A stretch of DNA of 55,508 bases, filler included, from Jimgerdemannia flammicorona (GCA_003990765.1; 2 parts of 2 records of this genome joined end to end with filler, not necessarily neighbours in it); one strand, 5' to 3'. Shown: positions 36,970 to 49,561, counted from the whole stretch's first letter. Made by a program: numbers and translations. Notes: generated by a model from the sequence alone, not told the origin.

Positions 36970-39114
36970 TATACTGTTGAGAACAATCTGATCTATTATT
37001 AAGACCAAGTCTATCTATCTAAAAACATAAATCTATATTATAAGATTTTGCAAGAACATCATGACTCCCCTCTTGCAATCACTTGGGAATCAAGAAGACT
37101 GTCAAGAACATCCAATACCACTACTATTGGCCAAGTATGGTCAAAGAAATCAAGAACTGTATTACTAGCTATAATCTATACTAGTACAATAAGTCTACCA
37201 ACTAAGCACTAGCCAGTTTGCTATAACCACTGCCAATTCCCACTAAGAAATTCAAGCAAGTTACTATGGACTTTGTAACTCAACTACCATGAACCCAATC
37301 TAGTACTAATGCTATTATCATATTTGTTGACTACCTGACTAAGACTATAGTTACTGAACCAACTACTACCAATGCTACTATACCTGAGATTGCAAGAATC
37401 TTCTTCAAGTCTATCTTCTGTCACTATGGCCTACTATGAGTAATTGTTAGTAATTATGATCCCAAGTTCACCAGTCACTTCTGGCAAACTCTCTTTAAGA
37501 CCCTGAGAATCCAATTGGCTATGTTTACTGCCTTCTATCCACAAACTGATGGACAGATCAAGTGCATAAACAGAACTCTAGAACAAATGCTTAGAAACTA
37601 TGTTTTTTATAAGTAAGATAATTGAGATCATTATCTGACTTATGTAGAGTTTATATACAACAATTCTGTCCAATTATCTACTAGTCTTTCTCCTTTCTGG
37701 TTACTCCACAGTCAAGATCCCAAGACCTCTACAAGTCTATTCTCTTTTAAGAAAAGCAGTCAAATATAAGTCTCTACTGCTAAGAGCCTTACAGATAAAA
37801 TGAACAAACTACTCAAGATTGCTACCATAAATCTTCAGAAGGCTCAACAGTATCAAGCCAAGTATGTTGACAAGAAATGCCATGATATCACTTACACTAT
37901 TAGAGATTAAGTCTTACTGTCTACCAAAAATCTCAAGATACAATCTCAAGTCAACTGCCCTTCAAACAAGTTTCAACCTAAGTATATTGGACCTTTTAAG
38001 ATTACTGAATAAGTCTCTGTATCCTCCTATCACCTCAAGCTACCTGAAACCATAAGAGTATACCCAGTCTTTCATATATTATATCTCAAGACCTGGAACC
38101 AGTCACTGCTTTATTCTGGTTGAATTCTTAAGCCATCTATCTCTATGATTATTGAAGACCATATTGAGTATAAAGCTGAGAAATTTTTTAACAAATGAAT
38201 CCACTATTACTGTCTTGAATACCTAGTCAAGTGGATGGACTATCCTAAATATGATACTATCTGGAAACTGCTGGTCAACCTTAAGAACTCTCAATATCTA
38301 GTTCAAAACTTCAAGGCAAAATGCATTGCCCAATCCCTATAGTGACTTTCTTGGATTATTGATGATCTATGGCAATAATCAGTGCCTTATATATTAGAAG
38401 TTTACTTTGGGATCCAGGAACTAGTAGAAAATTTAATGAATAAGAAGTCTATTGAAATAAAGCTACTAGCTGAGTTCAAACCTCTCTCAGTTGATTAGTT
38501 TGATAATAGGCACTCTGTTTTACATATATGAGAATGGCCAATTCTCATCAATATATCAATATAAGTTTGAGAAATTTTGGTTAAGTATATCTAGTCTTGT
38601 ATTATCTAAGAACTCAACAAGGATGTTAGTTCTTAAGAAGGGAGGAATATAACAATTTCACAGTCATATTTAGTTTTAGTATATTTTCATATCTTTTAGT
38701 TAGTCTTTTCTTATTATTTCTTAAATATTCTACTATGTTTTGCTATCTTCTACTTGCTTAGAAACCTTCTTTTAGTGCTCAGACATCACTAGAATACTCT
38801 TGTCTTTCCTTAGTAGTACTAAGTATCTTGTCTTAGCTAGTCATAGAACCTTTTGAAATATTGTAGAACCATATTAGTCAGCTTTACTAAAAACCTATTT
38901 CTTGGCATTTTTCTTTCTTTCCAAGATCACTCTAGATCTTTCTTTCAGATTATATATAAATATCTTTATTCTCTATCTAAATAAAGCTCAGAATATTTTC
39001 TTTCAAAAATCCTTCAAGAATACTTAAACCTTTAAGTATCTCTTTGAGCTACTTTAGGCCAACTAGAACTTTCAGATTTAGCTGCTTCCTCTTAAAGAAA
39101 CTAGAACCATTATA
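36970..39114 (+). mobile_element. 5'-truncated E3-family copy (integrase, chromodomain, PPT, 3' LTR 38648-39114)
   Basis: Reverse complement of 29047-~31190. YLVKWMDYP chromodomain and PPT AAGAAGGGAGGAA. Confidence 0.92.
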
Positions 39115-39857
39115 ATAAGTAACTTCAGCTCATCAAGTGATATAATTTTATAATTTAGTGAAATATTCACAAAACATTTATATTATAAAAAATCACTAAC
39201 AACAATAGATTGAGACTATAGATCTAATCCTTGTTATAGTATTATATCATTATACTTTATAAAAGTATTTTTAAATATTGAAAAAAAAGAATATAATTTG
39301 ATATTAAATACTATAAAACTGAAACCACTAATGTAATAAATACTAATATGTAATATAGTTACATATAAGATTTTTCAAGTATCTGTTAATTATTATAAGT
39401 GACTTCAGCTTATCAGATGATATAATCTTATAATTTAGTGAAATATTCACAAAATGTTTATATCATTATATTGAGAAATATAGTATATTATGAAAATCAA
39501 ATCTGCTGATTCAATTTTCATAATATACTATATTTTCCAACATAATGATATATATTAGATTTATATATAATATAATAATTACAAGTTTAAAAATAACATC
39601 ATAAAAAATTACTAACAACAATAGATTAAAACTATAGAACCAATTCTTATTATAATATTATATTACCATACTTCATAGAAGTATTTTGAAATATTGGAAA
39701 AAAGGAATACAATTTGATATTGAATACTATAAAACTAAAATCACTAATGTAATAAATACTAATATGTAATATAGTTACATGTAAAATATTTCTCATATTA
39801 TTAAAGATATAAGTATCTATTAATCATTATAAGTGACTTCAACTCATCAGATGATAT

Positions 39858-40212
39858 GGCTTTTGGCAGGTATATCTCTCAAAGTGTAATAGGCAGACTT
39901 GTCTTTTACTTTTCAGATTCAATTTTAGACTGAGGTTTATTCACTCTTGTCTCTGGGGTAATTTATACAAATTAGTTGCTATCTGATTACTATGTGGCTA
40001 ACTATAGATCTGCTACTTATGATAGATATACAGAGTCTGTACAGATAAACAGACTCTATCTGATATATTTGGCTAATTATAAGTATGGTGGCATGAGTAA
40101 CTATGATATACTAGATGTCATGCTAGGAGCCTATATCATCTAGTTAAGTATACCAATTGTTTGCATTATCTGGCTAAGTTATAATTCAGGTAGTATGTTT
40201 TGGTCTATTATA
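39858..40212 (-). repeat. LTR fragment of an E1-related family
   Basis: Reverse complement matches E1 LTR ~2112-2430, including GCAGATCTATAGTTAGCCACATAG and CCCCAGAGACAAGAGTGAATAAACCTCAGTC. Confidence 0.8.
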
Positions 40213-42262
40213 GTACTCATTGTAATATTTTCATTATTGATATCAATAGAATGATAGAATTTTGTCCATATCTGTGACAAATAGTACAGTTGATACTGAA
40301 GTTACTTATGATAATTAATAGATACTTATATCTTTAATAATGATATATTTGATAATTATATCAAAGATTTACTCTTCATATGATAAGAATAATATTATAT
40401 ATAACTATATTATATTTCAATATTTATACTTATTACACCAATGGTTCTAGTATATCAGTAGGAGTTTTATAGTATAAGGATATATTGTAAGATAATTTTA
40501 TATATTATCTTTAATTTGAAAAAACAAAAAAAGACAAAAGGATGAATATGAGTATAATAAATATAATAAACTAAAATAATCAGTAAATGTTATTTAATAA
40601 ATAATATATATAGAGTTTCACATATTTGCTCCATTAATATTAAATACAAAATATTTATCAAATAGATCAGTCTTATTATTTACCAGATAGGAGAAATATT
40701 TGTCAGTAGATAATCAGCCTCTATTTCTTTTAATATATATTGACTATCTATTGAAATGGTATTTAAATATGAGAGAGAATCAATCTTTGGGAATTTATTA
40801 TAGTTTGACAAATAATTAAGCTCTAGAGAAAGATTTCCAGATAAAGATATGGGAAAATATAATGATATCATATAAGGGTCATTATCTGATATTTCTAATA
40901 TACTTAGAGATAGATTATCTATATATCACTGGAGGTAAAATTATAGATAAAGAAGAGGAAGAAGATAGTGATATATCATTATAGAGAGTTATACTATTTG
41001 AGCTACTATTGACACTACTGCACTTAGAGTAGTAATATATTTTGTCTAGAGTTTCTTTTATTTCTTCAATATAGTCAAGGTGTAGCTAAGCAAGATAAGT
41101 ATCATACTGTACCATCATTCTGATTTCTTCTCTTGAAGAACAGATGCAGTCTATTACTCAACATTTATCTCTTAATGATTTGTGACTTATATTATTGACC
41201 TCTATATTAATATTGATAAAATATTATAATTATACATATCATATAAATAAAATATATCTTATCATTAATATTTACTTTCTTTCTTCCTTTTGACTTTTTC
41301 TTAGTATTAACCTTCTTAATTTTAATTATACTACCTTATTTTACTTTTGATTTTATTTTGTCATTCTTTTCTACTATACTACTATTTTGCTTCTGATTAA
41401 ACAATTTGGAATGGCATTATGAATATATTATATTTCAAATATTACAGTTGGGTGCAAATAAAGTATTCTACCAGTTATACTTCTGATAATTTTGAAACTT
41501 TACAGGATGACTTTAGTAAGTATAAATTCAAAATATTTCAAATAAATAATAAATTATAAATAATATTAATATACTCTTTCATTTAATGTATTAGGTGAAT
41601 AAAACTATATATGATCAATAATAGTTCTATGAGACTATAATCCAATAAAATTAAATAATTGATTATTAGTATATATATAATTAAATTGAATATTCAATAT
41701 TAGCAAAGCTATTATTAAATCAAATTATATATTTATCTCAGTAAGTAGTAAGAGAATTGAAATATCAATCTTTATCATAATTTTGCTATTGCTCTTTTGA
41801 AAAATAACATCTCCAATAAGAGTTATTTCAGGTAGACTTGTATTTATTATATATAACTTGATATAATTAAGTATTCTATTATAAGAAGATATTACTTCAC
41901 TAGCTGCAAGAGCAGCAAGAATAATAGCTTATTGATAGAGTATATTAGCCATGAGTTTGAAGATAATAAAATTTAAAGCTTCTTATTTATTGAAATAGTT
42001 TTACACTATTACAGTTTACCAATAGTAAAATAATAATATTAGATAACTTTATTTACAATAGCTAAAATATTAGTATATTTACCAATAGTAAATTATTATT
42101 AGTTTTGCAGAGTAAAACTAAGACAAAGCTTGTAATACTGAATCCAATAGTAAAACAACTCAATATCTCAAGTATATCATAACAGAGTTGAGATAGGTAG
42201 ATATAAATATACTGCTAAAACAAATAATAAATAGAATAGTGAATGTAAATATAAACAAATAA

Positions 42263-42732
42263 TCTGGTCATGGAAATGGTGAAAAAGAACTTGAAAAGAG
42301 TAGTATCAAATGCCATTGCAAGATTATCAGTAATGTAATTTATAAGTTAAACTCTGTTTATTCTCATCTTGTCTCATATATATCTCATTCTCATTCTCAC
42401 TATTTCTCTTTGATAGAGGGAGTCTCTAAGCCTACTATCTGTCATCTCACCCATTATAGTTATATTAAGTATATCTCTAGTACAATTTATAAAGATGTCC
42501 ATATTACTCTCAAGTCTTTTCTAAAAGATATCATTAGTAATACTATAATATATACTGAGCATACCAACCAGAAGACAGTTACTGTTCTTGATATTACATA
42601 TACTCTAAAGCACAAAGGTATCTACATACTTCTCTTTATAAATAATATTTTTTAATATTATATGCTATTACTAATAAAATCACTGATCTCATTTCTATAG
42701 GTCATACTTTATATGGCTTTAATAATATCTAA
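42263..42732 (+). pseudogene. H4: Hypermutated histone H4 pseudogene retaining two introns
   Basis: Exon 1 SGHGNGEKELEKSSIKCHCKII (= [21 protein letters not shown]). Intron ~42342-42416. Exon 2 GVSKPTICHLTH...YTEHTNQKTVTVLDITYTLKHK. Intron 42618-42700. Exon 3 GHTLYGF. Most differences from H4 are C->T or G->A. Confidence 0.92.
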
Positions 42733-43347
42733 ACCATCATTATAAACCAAAAAGTAATATAAATGTAGTTTCTATAGTAATATATAGTGTGATGAGTAAC
42801 AGGATTATACTGCTGAATTTATAAATTAACTATTGTAACATAGCGGACACTTACTCTTGAAAGTATGTCAGACTTCTATATCTTGAAAACTTGACTGTTC
42901 TGACTCTCGCAGAGTCTCTTGAAGTAGCAGGGGAGGGTGGGTGAGTTTGAAGTGTATCTGCCCACAGGCTTACTAGTTTCTTTACTATCTCTTTGCTTTT
43001 GAACTATTTCGATCTGAGGTTTATTCACTCAAAGATACTGGGTTATTTATACAAGTTTGCTAGCTATGAGAGGGTGGCTAAGTAATAAATGAGTCATTTG
43101 GACTTTGTCGAAACATTTGGATGATGTCTAAATGCTATACTAAATCGGGGTATTTGATTTGGATAATGTCTAAAATTTAGACAATATCTAAGAAATTAGA
43201 CAATGTCAAAATTGAGGACTGCTAACTATAATGCTATACTACTTTGGGAATGGGTGTGATCAAGTGTCTATTCCCTATTTCCTTCTTCCGAATCTGGCTG
43301 TACCATCACAACTTCCTCCTGAATGGATGGTCTCATCTCTGAGGCAT

Positions 43348-43809
43348 CTATTCAAACTCCCAGGCTTCAATGGTCTGTATGGTCTTGTACTGTGCGATTT
43401 GCTGCATAACTGTTTCCCAATGATGTCTTCTCACTTTCTCGAAGTCAGTAGGGGTTACTCCTCTCAGGTGGTCTATTGCTGCTTCATCTTCTCGGAATAG
43501 CTTGTGGATCCTTTTGGCAATAGTGATCTGTGAGTGGGAGAGTTGACACTCGGCAATCTAGTCCTCCTTAGTCTTTGCTGGATCCTGATTGAGCACCTGT
43601 CCAAGCTTGAAGTACTCTTGAAATTCTGCCCGATATTGATAGGCTCTGAAGTGTGAAATCCGAGAGAGATGAGTCTGCACAATACTCTGAATATCCTCAT
43701 AGTATAGCTCTATGGTCAGAGGCTCAGTGGTGTGCTATTGTCTTTTGATGGCTCTTTGGGCAGCACTAGTGATCTTGAGTACCATCATGGTACTTTTGTT
43801 ACTGGCCAT
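43348..43809 (-). pseudogene. E4 accessory ORF3 (~153 aa, two internal TAG stops)
   Basis: Manual translation MASNKSTMMVLKITSAAQRAIKRQ*...EFQEYFKLGQVL...IAKRIHKLFREDEAAIDHLRGVTPTDFEKVRRHHWETV. The ATG overlaps the end of integrase. Confidence 0.8.
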
Positions 43810-44992
43810 GATATTTCTTGAGTCGGTTTCAGTGAATGGTGGTGGGGATTATTGTGTCTGAGGGTTTTCGTAGCCAAAAGGTGGTTCCTTTTATATCTTG
43901 CACAAGGTAGGGTCCTTCCCACTTGGGCTCCAGTTTTCGTGACCATGAAGCTTCAACCATATTCTAATACATCAAGACTTTGTCTCCTATCTTGATGATC
44001 TCCAAGGGTTTGTGAGTCTTTTCCGCATTCCTCCATTATAGTGTCTGCACCTTTGTTATGTAATCCTCAGCCTTCTTCCTGATTTGGTATAGTCTCCATA
44101 TTTCCATGTCTACATGTTTCCATACAGCATCTCCATTGGATAATAGGGTTCCTTGAGAACATTTTTCTCCGAACAGCATTTCTCGAGGGGTAAAGTAGGT
44201 GCTTTGTGATCAGATATCCCGGAGAGCAGATAATGCTATTGGCAGATAGTGATCCCAGTTCTCATAGTTATCACAGATCTTGGCGATAACATTCTTAAGG
44301 GTTTTGTTGGTCCTTTCTACTTGTCCATTTCCTTGAGGGTGATAGGCTGTGGTCCGAATGTGCTGGATCTTGTACTTTTTGTAGAGAACCTCAAAGAGCT
44401 GGTTCACGAATTCTGTTCCTCTATCTGTAGTTACTTGTGTTGGGGTCTTGAACCAGCAGATGATTTCCTTGTAGAAGAAATCGGCGATTGACTATGCATT
44501 GGCTTCCTTGAGGGGTCCTGCTTCTATCCACTTCGTAAAAAGGTCTACAATGACAATGATGTATTGGTTACCAGTCAGGGTCAAGGGTAGAGGGCCGATT
44601 ACATCCATTGCAATGTGGGCGAATGGTACTGGTTCTATGTGTGCTGATCCTGGGGCTTGATTCCATTGGTCTTGTTTCTGTTTTTGGTATTTGTCACAGG
44701 TCTTGACAAATTGTCTGATATCTTCCTCCATCCCTGGCCACCATATTGTTCTCCTTGCCTTGTCATATATATTTGTTCCTCCTAGATGGCTAAGTTCGTG
44801 TACTGATTTCATTGCTTGCTCCTTCTTGTATTCTGGTATGACTAGTAGTTTTCCTTTCTTCAGTGTTTCTCCATCGGTTTCGAATTGTTTCCATGTCCTG
44901 TTGATAATCGTTTGTGTCCATTCTTCCAGATGTTGGGGCATCTTTTGCTGTCCCAGGTATGTGATGATTCCATAGTAGAGCTCCTTATTCAT
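43799..44992 (-). pseudogene. int: E4 integrase, separate ORF starting MNKELYY
   Basis: VHELSHLG, WWPGM, DVIGPLP, VDLFTKW, YHPQGNGQVER, WEGPY. Confidence 0.92.
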
Positions 44993-47900
44993 GATTGATT
45001 TGTAGTTCAAGGTGTCTGTGAGAGAGCATCTGCATTGGAATTTGTTCTTCCAGGGCAGTGCACGATGGTTACATCATAGGCTTGTAACTTCATTATCCAT
45101 CTGGCATAGATTCCCTTGGGTTGTCCAGTTGTCAGTAGCCAGGTGAGAGCTGAGTGGTCCATCTGGATGGTGAAGTGTCTTTCGGCCAGATAGTAGTGGA
45201 ACTTTTCCACAGCCCAGATGACTGCAAGGCATTCTAACTTGTAGGACTCATATTCTTTTTCAGTCCCTTGGGTTCCGCGGCTAAGATATGCAATGACATA
45301 CTCTTTTTTGTCTTCTTTTTGAGCCAGGACTGCTCCTAGTCCTTGTGCACTTGCATCCATCTGAAGGATAAATTCTTGGGTCCAATTGGGTCATCTGAGG
45401 ATGGGTGCCTGAGTTAGTCTGACCTTGAGTTCATCAAATGCTTTTTGTTGTCTGCCAGTCCACTGGAACTTGGTATCCTTCTTGTTGAGTTCATAGATTG
45501 GGCCTGCAATGTTGGAGAATCCTCTAATGAATCTGTGATAGTAGGAGGCGAGTCCCATGAAGGCTTGGGCTTCTGTGATGGTAGTGGGCCTTGGGTATAC
45601 TGCTACCACTTGTATCTTGAGGGGGTCCATGTGTGTTCCATCTCGATTGATGATATGGCCAAGATAGGAGATCTCGATTTCCGCAAACTTGCACTTCTTG
45701 GGTTTGATATAAAGGCCATGTTGTCTTAGTCTCTCCATTATCTGCTATATGTGCTGCAGATATTCCTCGGCCATCTTGCTGTAGATGATTACATCATCGA
45801 CATAGACCATCATCCATCTTCCCATGTCATAGCAGAAGATTTTATTCATCATTCGCTGAAAGCTTGCTGGTGCATTGCACATTCCGAATAGCATTTGTAA
45901 GTAGATGTAGGTTCTGTCTGGGGTGATGAAGGCTGACTTTTCGCTTGCCATTTCTGTGAGTCCGATTTGGTGGAATCCTGAGTATAAGTCCAAGGTGCTG
46001 TAGTATTGTGCTTCATCTCCTAGTGTTATAAGGATATCACTGATGAGCGGCAGTGGTTGGCAATCCTTCTTGGTGACTGCATTGAGCTTTCTGTAGTCGA
46101 TACAGAGCCTTGGGGCAAATTCTCCAGGTTTGCTTTCTTTTTTTGGGGCTAGTACAACTGGTGAAGACCAGGGGCTGCTGGCTTCTTTGATGATACCAAC
46201 TTCTTCCATCTGCTTGATTTCTTCTCTGAGCCATTCTCGGTAGGCTGGTGGGACAGGTCTTGCCTTCTGGTAAATTGGTTCAGTGTCTCCGGTATCTACC
46301 TCATGATAGTAGTGTGGGGTCTTTCTCTTGATATCCTTGAAATCCGTGGCAAGGACATCCTCGAATTTGTGGAGTATTTTCTTGAGTTCCTCCTTGAGTG
46401 GGAATTCATCTCCAATGGTGTAACTGTGCTTGCTTGTGTTTTCCTCCTTCTTGTGCTCAAGTTCAGTGATCTTGGTGCTGGCGAATACTCCTCTTTCTGT
46501 GGATCCGAATCCTTTCTTTCCTCTTTTCGTTTCCTCCAGATTCTTGACTTCTATGATCCTTGGCTGTATGATTGGGAAGATCAACATCTGTACTAATCAG
46601 TCCTTCTTCTTGACTGGGAATGGAATTGTAGGATTGTAGTTCCTAGCAATGAGTAGAATTTCTCCAGTATAGTCTGAATCAATGACTCCTCCTTCAATTG
46701 TGATTTCACTTCTAGCCAGGCTGCTTCTTGTCTTGAGAATCCTGACATGATCCTTTGGGATGGTCATCTCCAGTCCAGTTGCGAGTAGGGTAGTTGTCTG
46801 GGGTTCCAGTACAGTTTCTTCTACTGTAGCGATATCCATTCCGGCTGCATTTTCTGACTTGTATTCTGGCAAGACTGCATCAGGGTGGATTTTTTGAATC
46901 TTGACCTTGATTTCTTCTTCGTCATCGCTGTCCTCCAGGAGAGCTGGTGGTTCATCGTCTTCCTCCTTCTCTTCTTCCCTGATCTGTTTTTCGAGAGCTT
47001 TCTGGCTTTTTTCCTGGTAGATCTTCCTGGTTCCAATGGTGCACTAGTAGCAATTGTTGACATGCTCCATACAATACATCTTGATTCCATAAGGACAGAC
47101 TCCTTGTGGGGCATAGCCTTCTACAATCTTCTTGCACCATTCTTCTTCACTCATCCATCCGACTTTCTTCTTCTTTGGGGTAGTCACCATATAAGCTTCC
47201 TCTTGCTCGCTCTCTTCTTCCTCTATGTTGGGCAGGACTCCTTTGTTGACGTTGATGGAAATTCGTATCTTCTGTCCCTGGTAGGTGATCTGCATCTTCT
47301 GGGCATTGAGATCGATTACTGCCTTGGCTTTGTGAAACCATTGATTACCAATGAGGATGTCATAGTTGGTGGCGTTAGTTACAATTACATCTACTGGGAT
47401 GGTTGCTCCTCCAATCTTGATGGGAACATCTCGGATCTTTCCTAGAGGTGTGGCTCTTATGCCATTGGCTGTGACAAATACTAGCTTGGTTGCTTCTTCC
47501 ACATCCCAATCTAGGCGGTCTGCTGTCTTCTTACTGAGGAGACATCCTCCTGCTCCTGTGTCAATGATGGCTTCAAAGACTCGATCCTCAATTTGGTATG
47601 TTGCATAGGCAGAGGTTTTGCGATTGTCCTCACTTTCTTCTCCTGAGTCCTCTTGAACATTGTTGGCCTTGGTTATCTTCCATCCTTGTTCCTTGGTTGT
47701 TTCAGCAAGTCCAAATCTCATTTGCTGTCTGAATGTTGGGATTTCTGCAAGCTGACCAAAGGTTGCATTGACCTTTTGTTGACTGAGGTCCTTAAAGATA
47801 TCATACTTGAAGGTCTTGGTCTTGTGAAGCTTCTTTTCTTTTTCTCCTTCACTGGCTGGGGTGGTTCCTCAGATGATATCTTGAACTGCTTACTCCAGCT

Positions 47901-49068
47901 CAATATCTTGGTCCATCTCTTCGGCTTGACTTTCTGTAGCAGTTTCCATCTGCTTTTCCACTGGGTTCTTCTTGGGTCTTCCTGGTGGTCTCTTGTAGGG
48001 TTCTTTGCGAACATCCTTCTTGGTGGTCTGAGCAGGATAGGCCTCCCATTCTTCTTCATCAGAATCTCCGATCTCCTCGAAGGTAATTATATTGGCCTGC
48101 TCCTTGTTTCGTGTGGCATTGCTTGGTTGAGCCTTGCACTTGGTTTCGCTCATACATTTATAGGAGTAGTGGCCTTCTTCTCCGCAAGTATAGCAGATGC
48201 CTTTCTTCTTATCTGAGGTGGTGGCGAACTTCTGGACAGGGCAGCAGTCTCTTCCTCGAATCTCCTTTACCACATCTCCCAGGTGGGCAGTCATTTCAGC
48301 AAACCTTTTGGTGAGTTCCTCCATAGGGTCACTGTTCTTTTGCTGCTCTATAGCTTTTGGCTGAGGTGTGTTTCGATTGATCATTGTGGTGGGGATCACA
48401 CTGGTTGCCTTGGGTGCCTCAATTTTGACTCCTGTAACTCTTTCCATTGTATGGTCTTGTGGGTGTCTGGCTGTCCAGTATTGCTGAGCATAGGTGACCC
48501 TCTGTGGCAGATCCAGAATCATTGGTGATGAGCGGATGGCCATGGCTATTTCTGGATAGACTCCTTTCATGAAGATTGCTTCGGCTACTTGATCTCGGGT
48601 AGCAGCAGCATAATCTGCAAGGATTATCTGATATCGAATTCTGGTATAGAATGTGTTTGGATCCTCACTTATTCCTTGGCACGTTGTGTTGAGCTGATCC
48701 TTCAGGGCTTGCTTGATCTTGTCTGTGTAATATGTGTTTCAGAGCCAGGTCTTCTGTGCTGTCAGTACAGCATCGGTATCATTTCCTATATGGGTTACGG
48801 CTGTGAATGCTGCTCTGGCAGGACCTCGTAGGCTGAAGGGCATGAGGGCTACTTGCTGTGCTGCTGTCAGAGTCCTTACGGCAGCATACTGCTCGAAATC
48901 ATCAATGAAGGTGATGATTGATTCATCTGAGGTATATCCATGGAATACTGGCAGTCTCATATCCATCTTGTCTGGGTATTGGGGCTCGGTTTGTATGGTT
49001 GTTCGGGTAGTGGTGGTTGTTCGTTGTTCAGTTTGAAAGTGAGGGATTCGTTTTGAATCACTAGCCAA
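44989..49068 (-). pseudogene. gag-pol: E4 single-frame gag-PR-dUTPase-RT-RNase H polyprotein (point stops only)
   Basis: ORF pieces 48739-49068, 47890-48570, 47044-47721, 46597-46872, 45745-46587, 45391-45738 and 45007-45360 are all in one frame. CYTCGEEGHYSYKC, IDTGAGG, AAGMDI/TRSSL/GGVIDSDYTGEI/RGKKGFGST, YVDD, DASAQGLGAVL. Confidence 0.95.
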
Positions 49069-49561
49069 TGGGCACCAAGTTGTAACGTAGCGGATGCTTA
49101 CTCTTGAAAGTACATCGGACTTCTATATCTTGAAAACTTGACTGTTCTGACTCTCACAGAGTCTCTTGAAGTGGCAGGGGAGGGTGGGTGAGTTCGAAGT
49201 GTATCTGCCCACAGGCTTACTAGTTCCTTTGCTATCTCTTTGCTTTTGAACTATTTCGATCTGAGGTTTATTCACTTGAAGATACTGGGTTATTTATACA
49301 AGTTTGCTAGCTATGAGAGGGTGGCTAAGTAATAAATGAGTCATTTGGACTTTGTCGAAACATTTGGACGATGTCTAAATGCTATACTAAATCGGGGTAT
49401 TCGATTTGGATAATGTCTAAAATTTAGACAATGTCTAAGAAATTAGATAATGTCAAAATTGAGGACTGCTAACTATAATGCTATACTACTTTGGGAATGG
49501 GTGCGATCAAGTGTCTATTCCCTATTTCCTTCTTCCGAATCTGGCTGTACTGTCACACTAT

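Larger units (their letters stand above)
35762..40500. repeat. AT-rich decayed modular repeat region, interrupted by LTR-element pieces
   Basis: Module ATAAATACT(G/A)ATAT(G/A)T(G/A)ATATAGTTA at ~35930, 36465, 39335 and 39755, inverted at ~40400. AACAATAGAT...AGACT(G/A)TAGA and AAGTATTTT..AAATATTG.AAAAAA modules also repeat. 36870-36915 is inverted at 40450-40495. Confidence 0.6.
42834..49557 (-). mobile_element. E4: youngest full-length Ty3/Gypsy element, gag-PR-dUTPase-RT-RH / IN / ORF3
   Basis: 477-bp LTRs 42834-43310 and 49081-49557 differing mostly by transitions. 4-bp TSD CTAT, PPT AGGAGGAAG, PBS TGGTGCCCATTGG. Confidence 0.97.
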
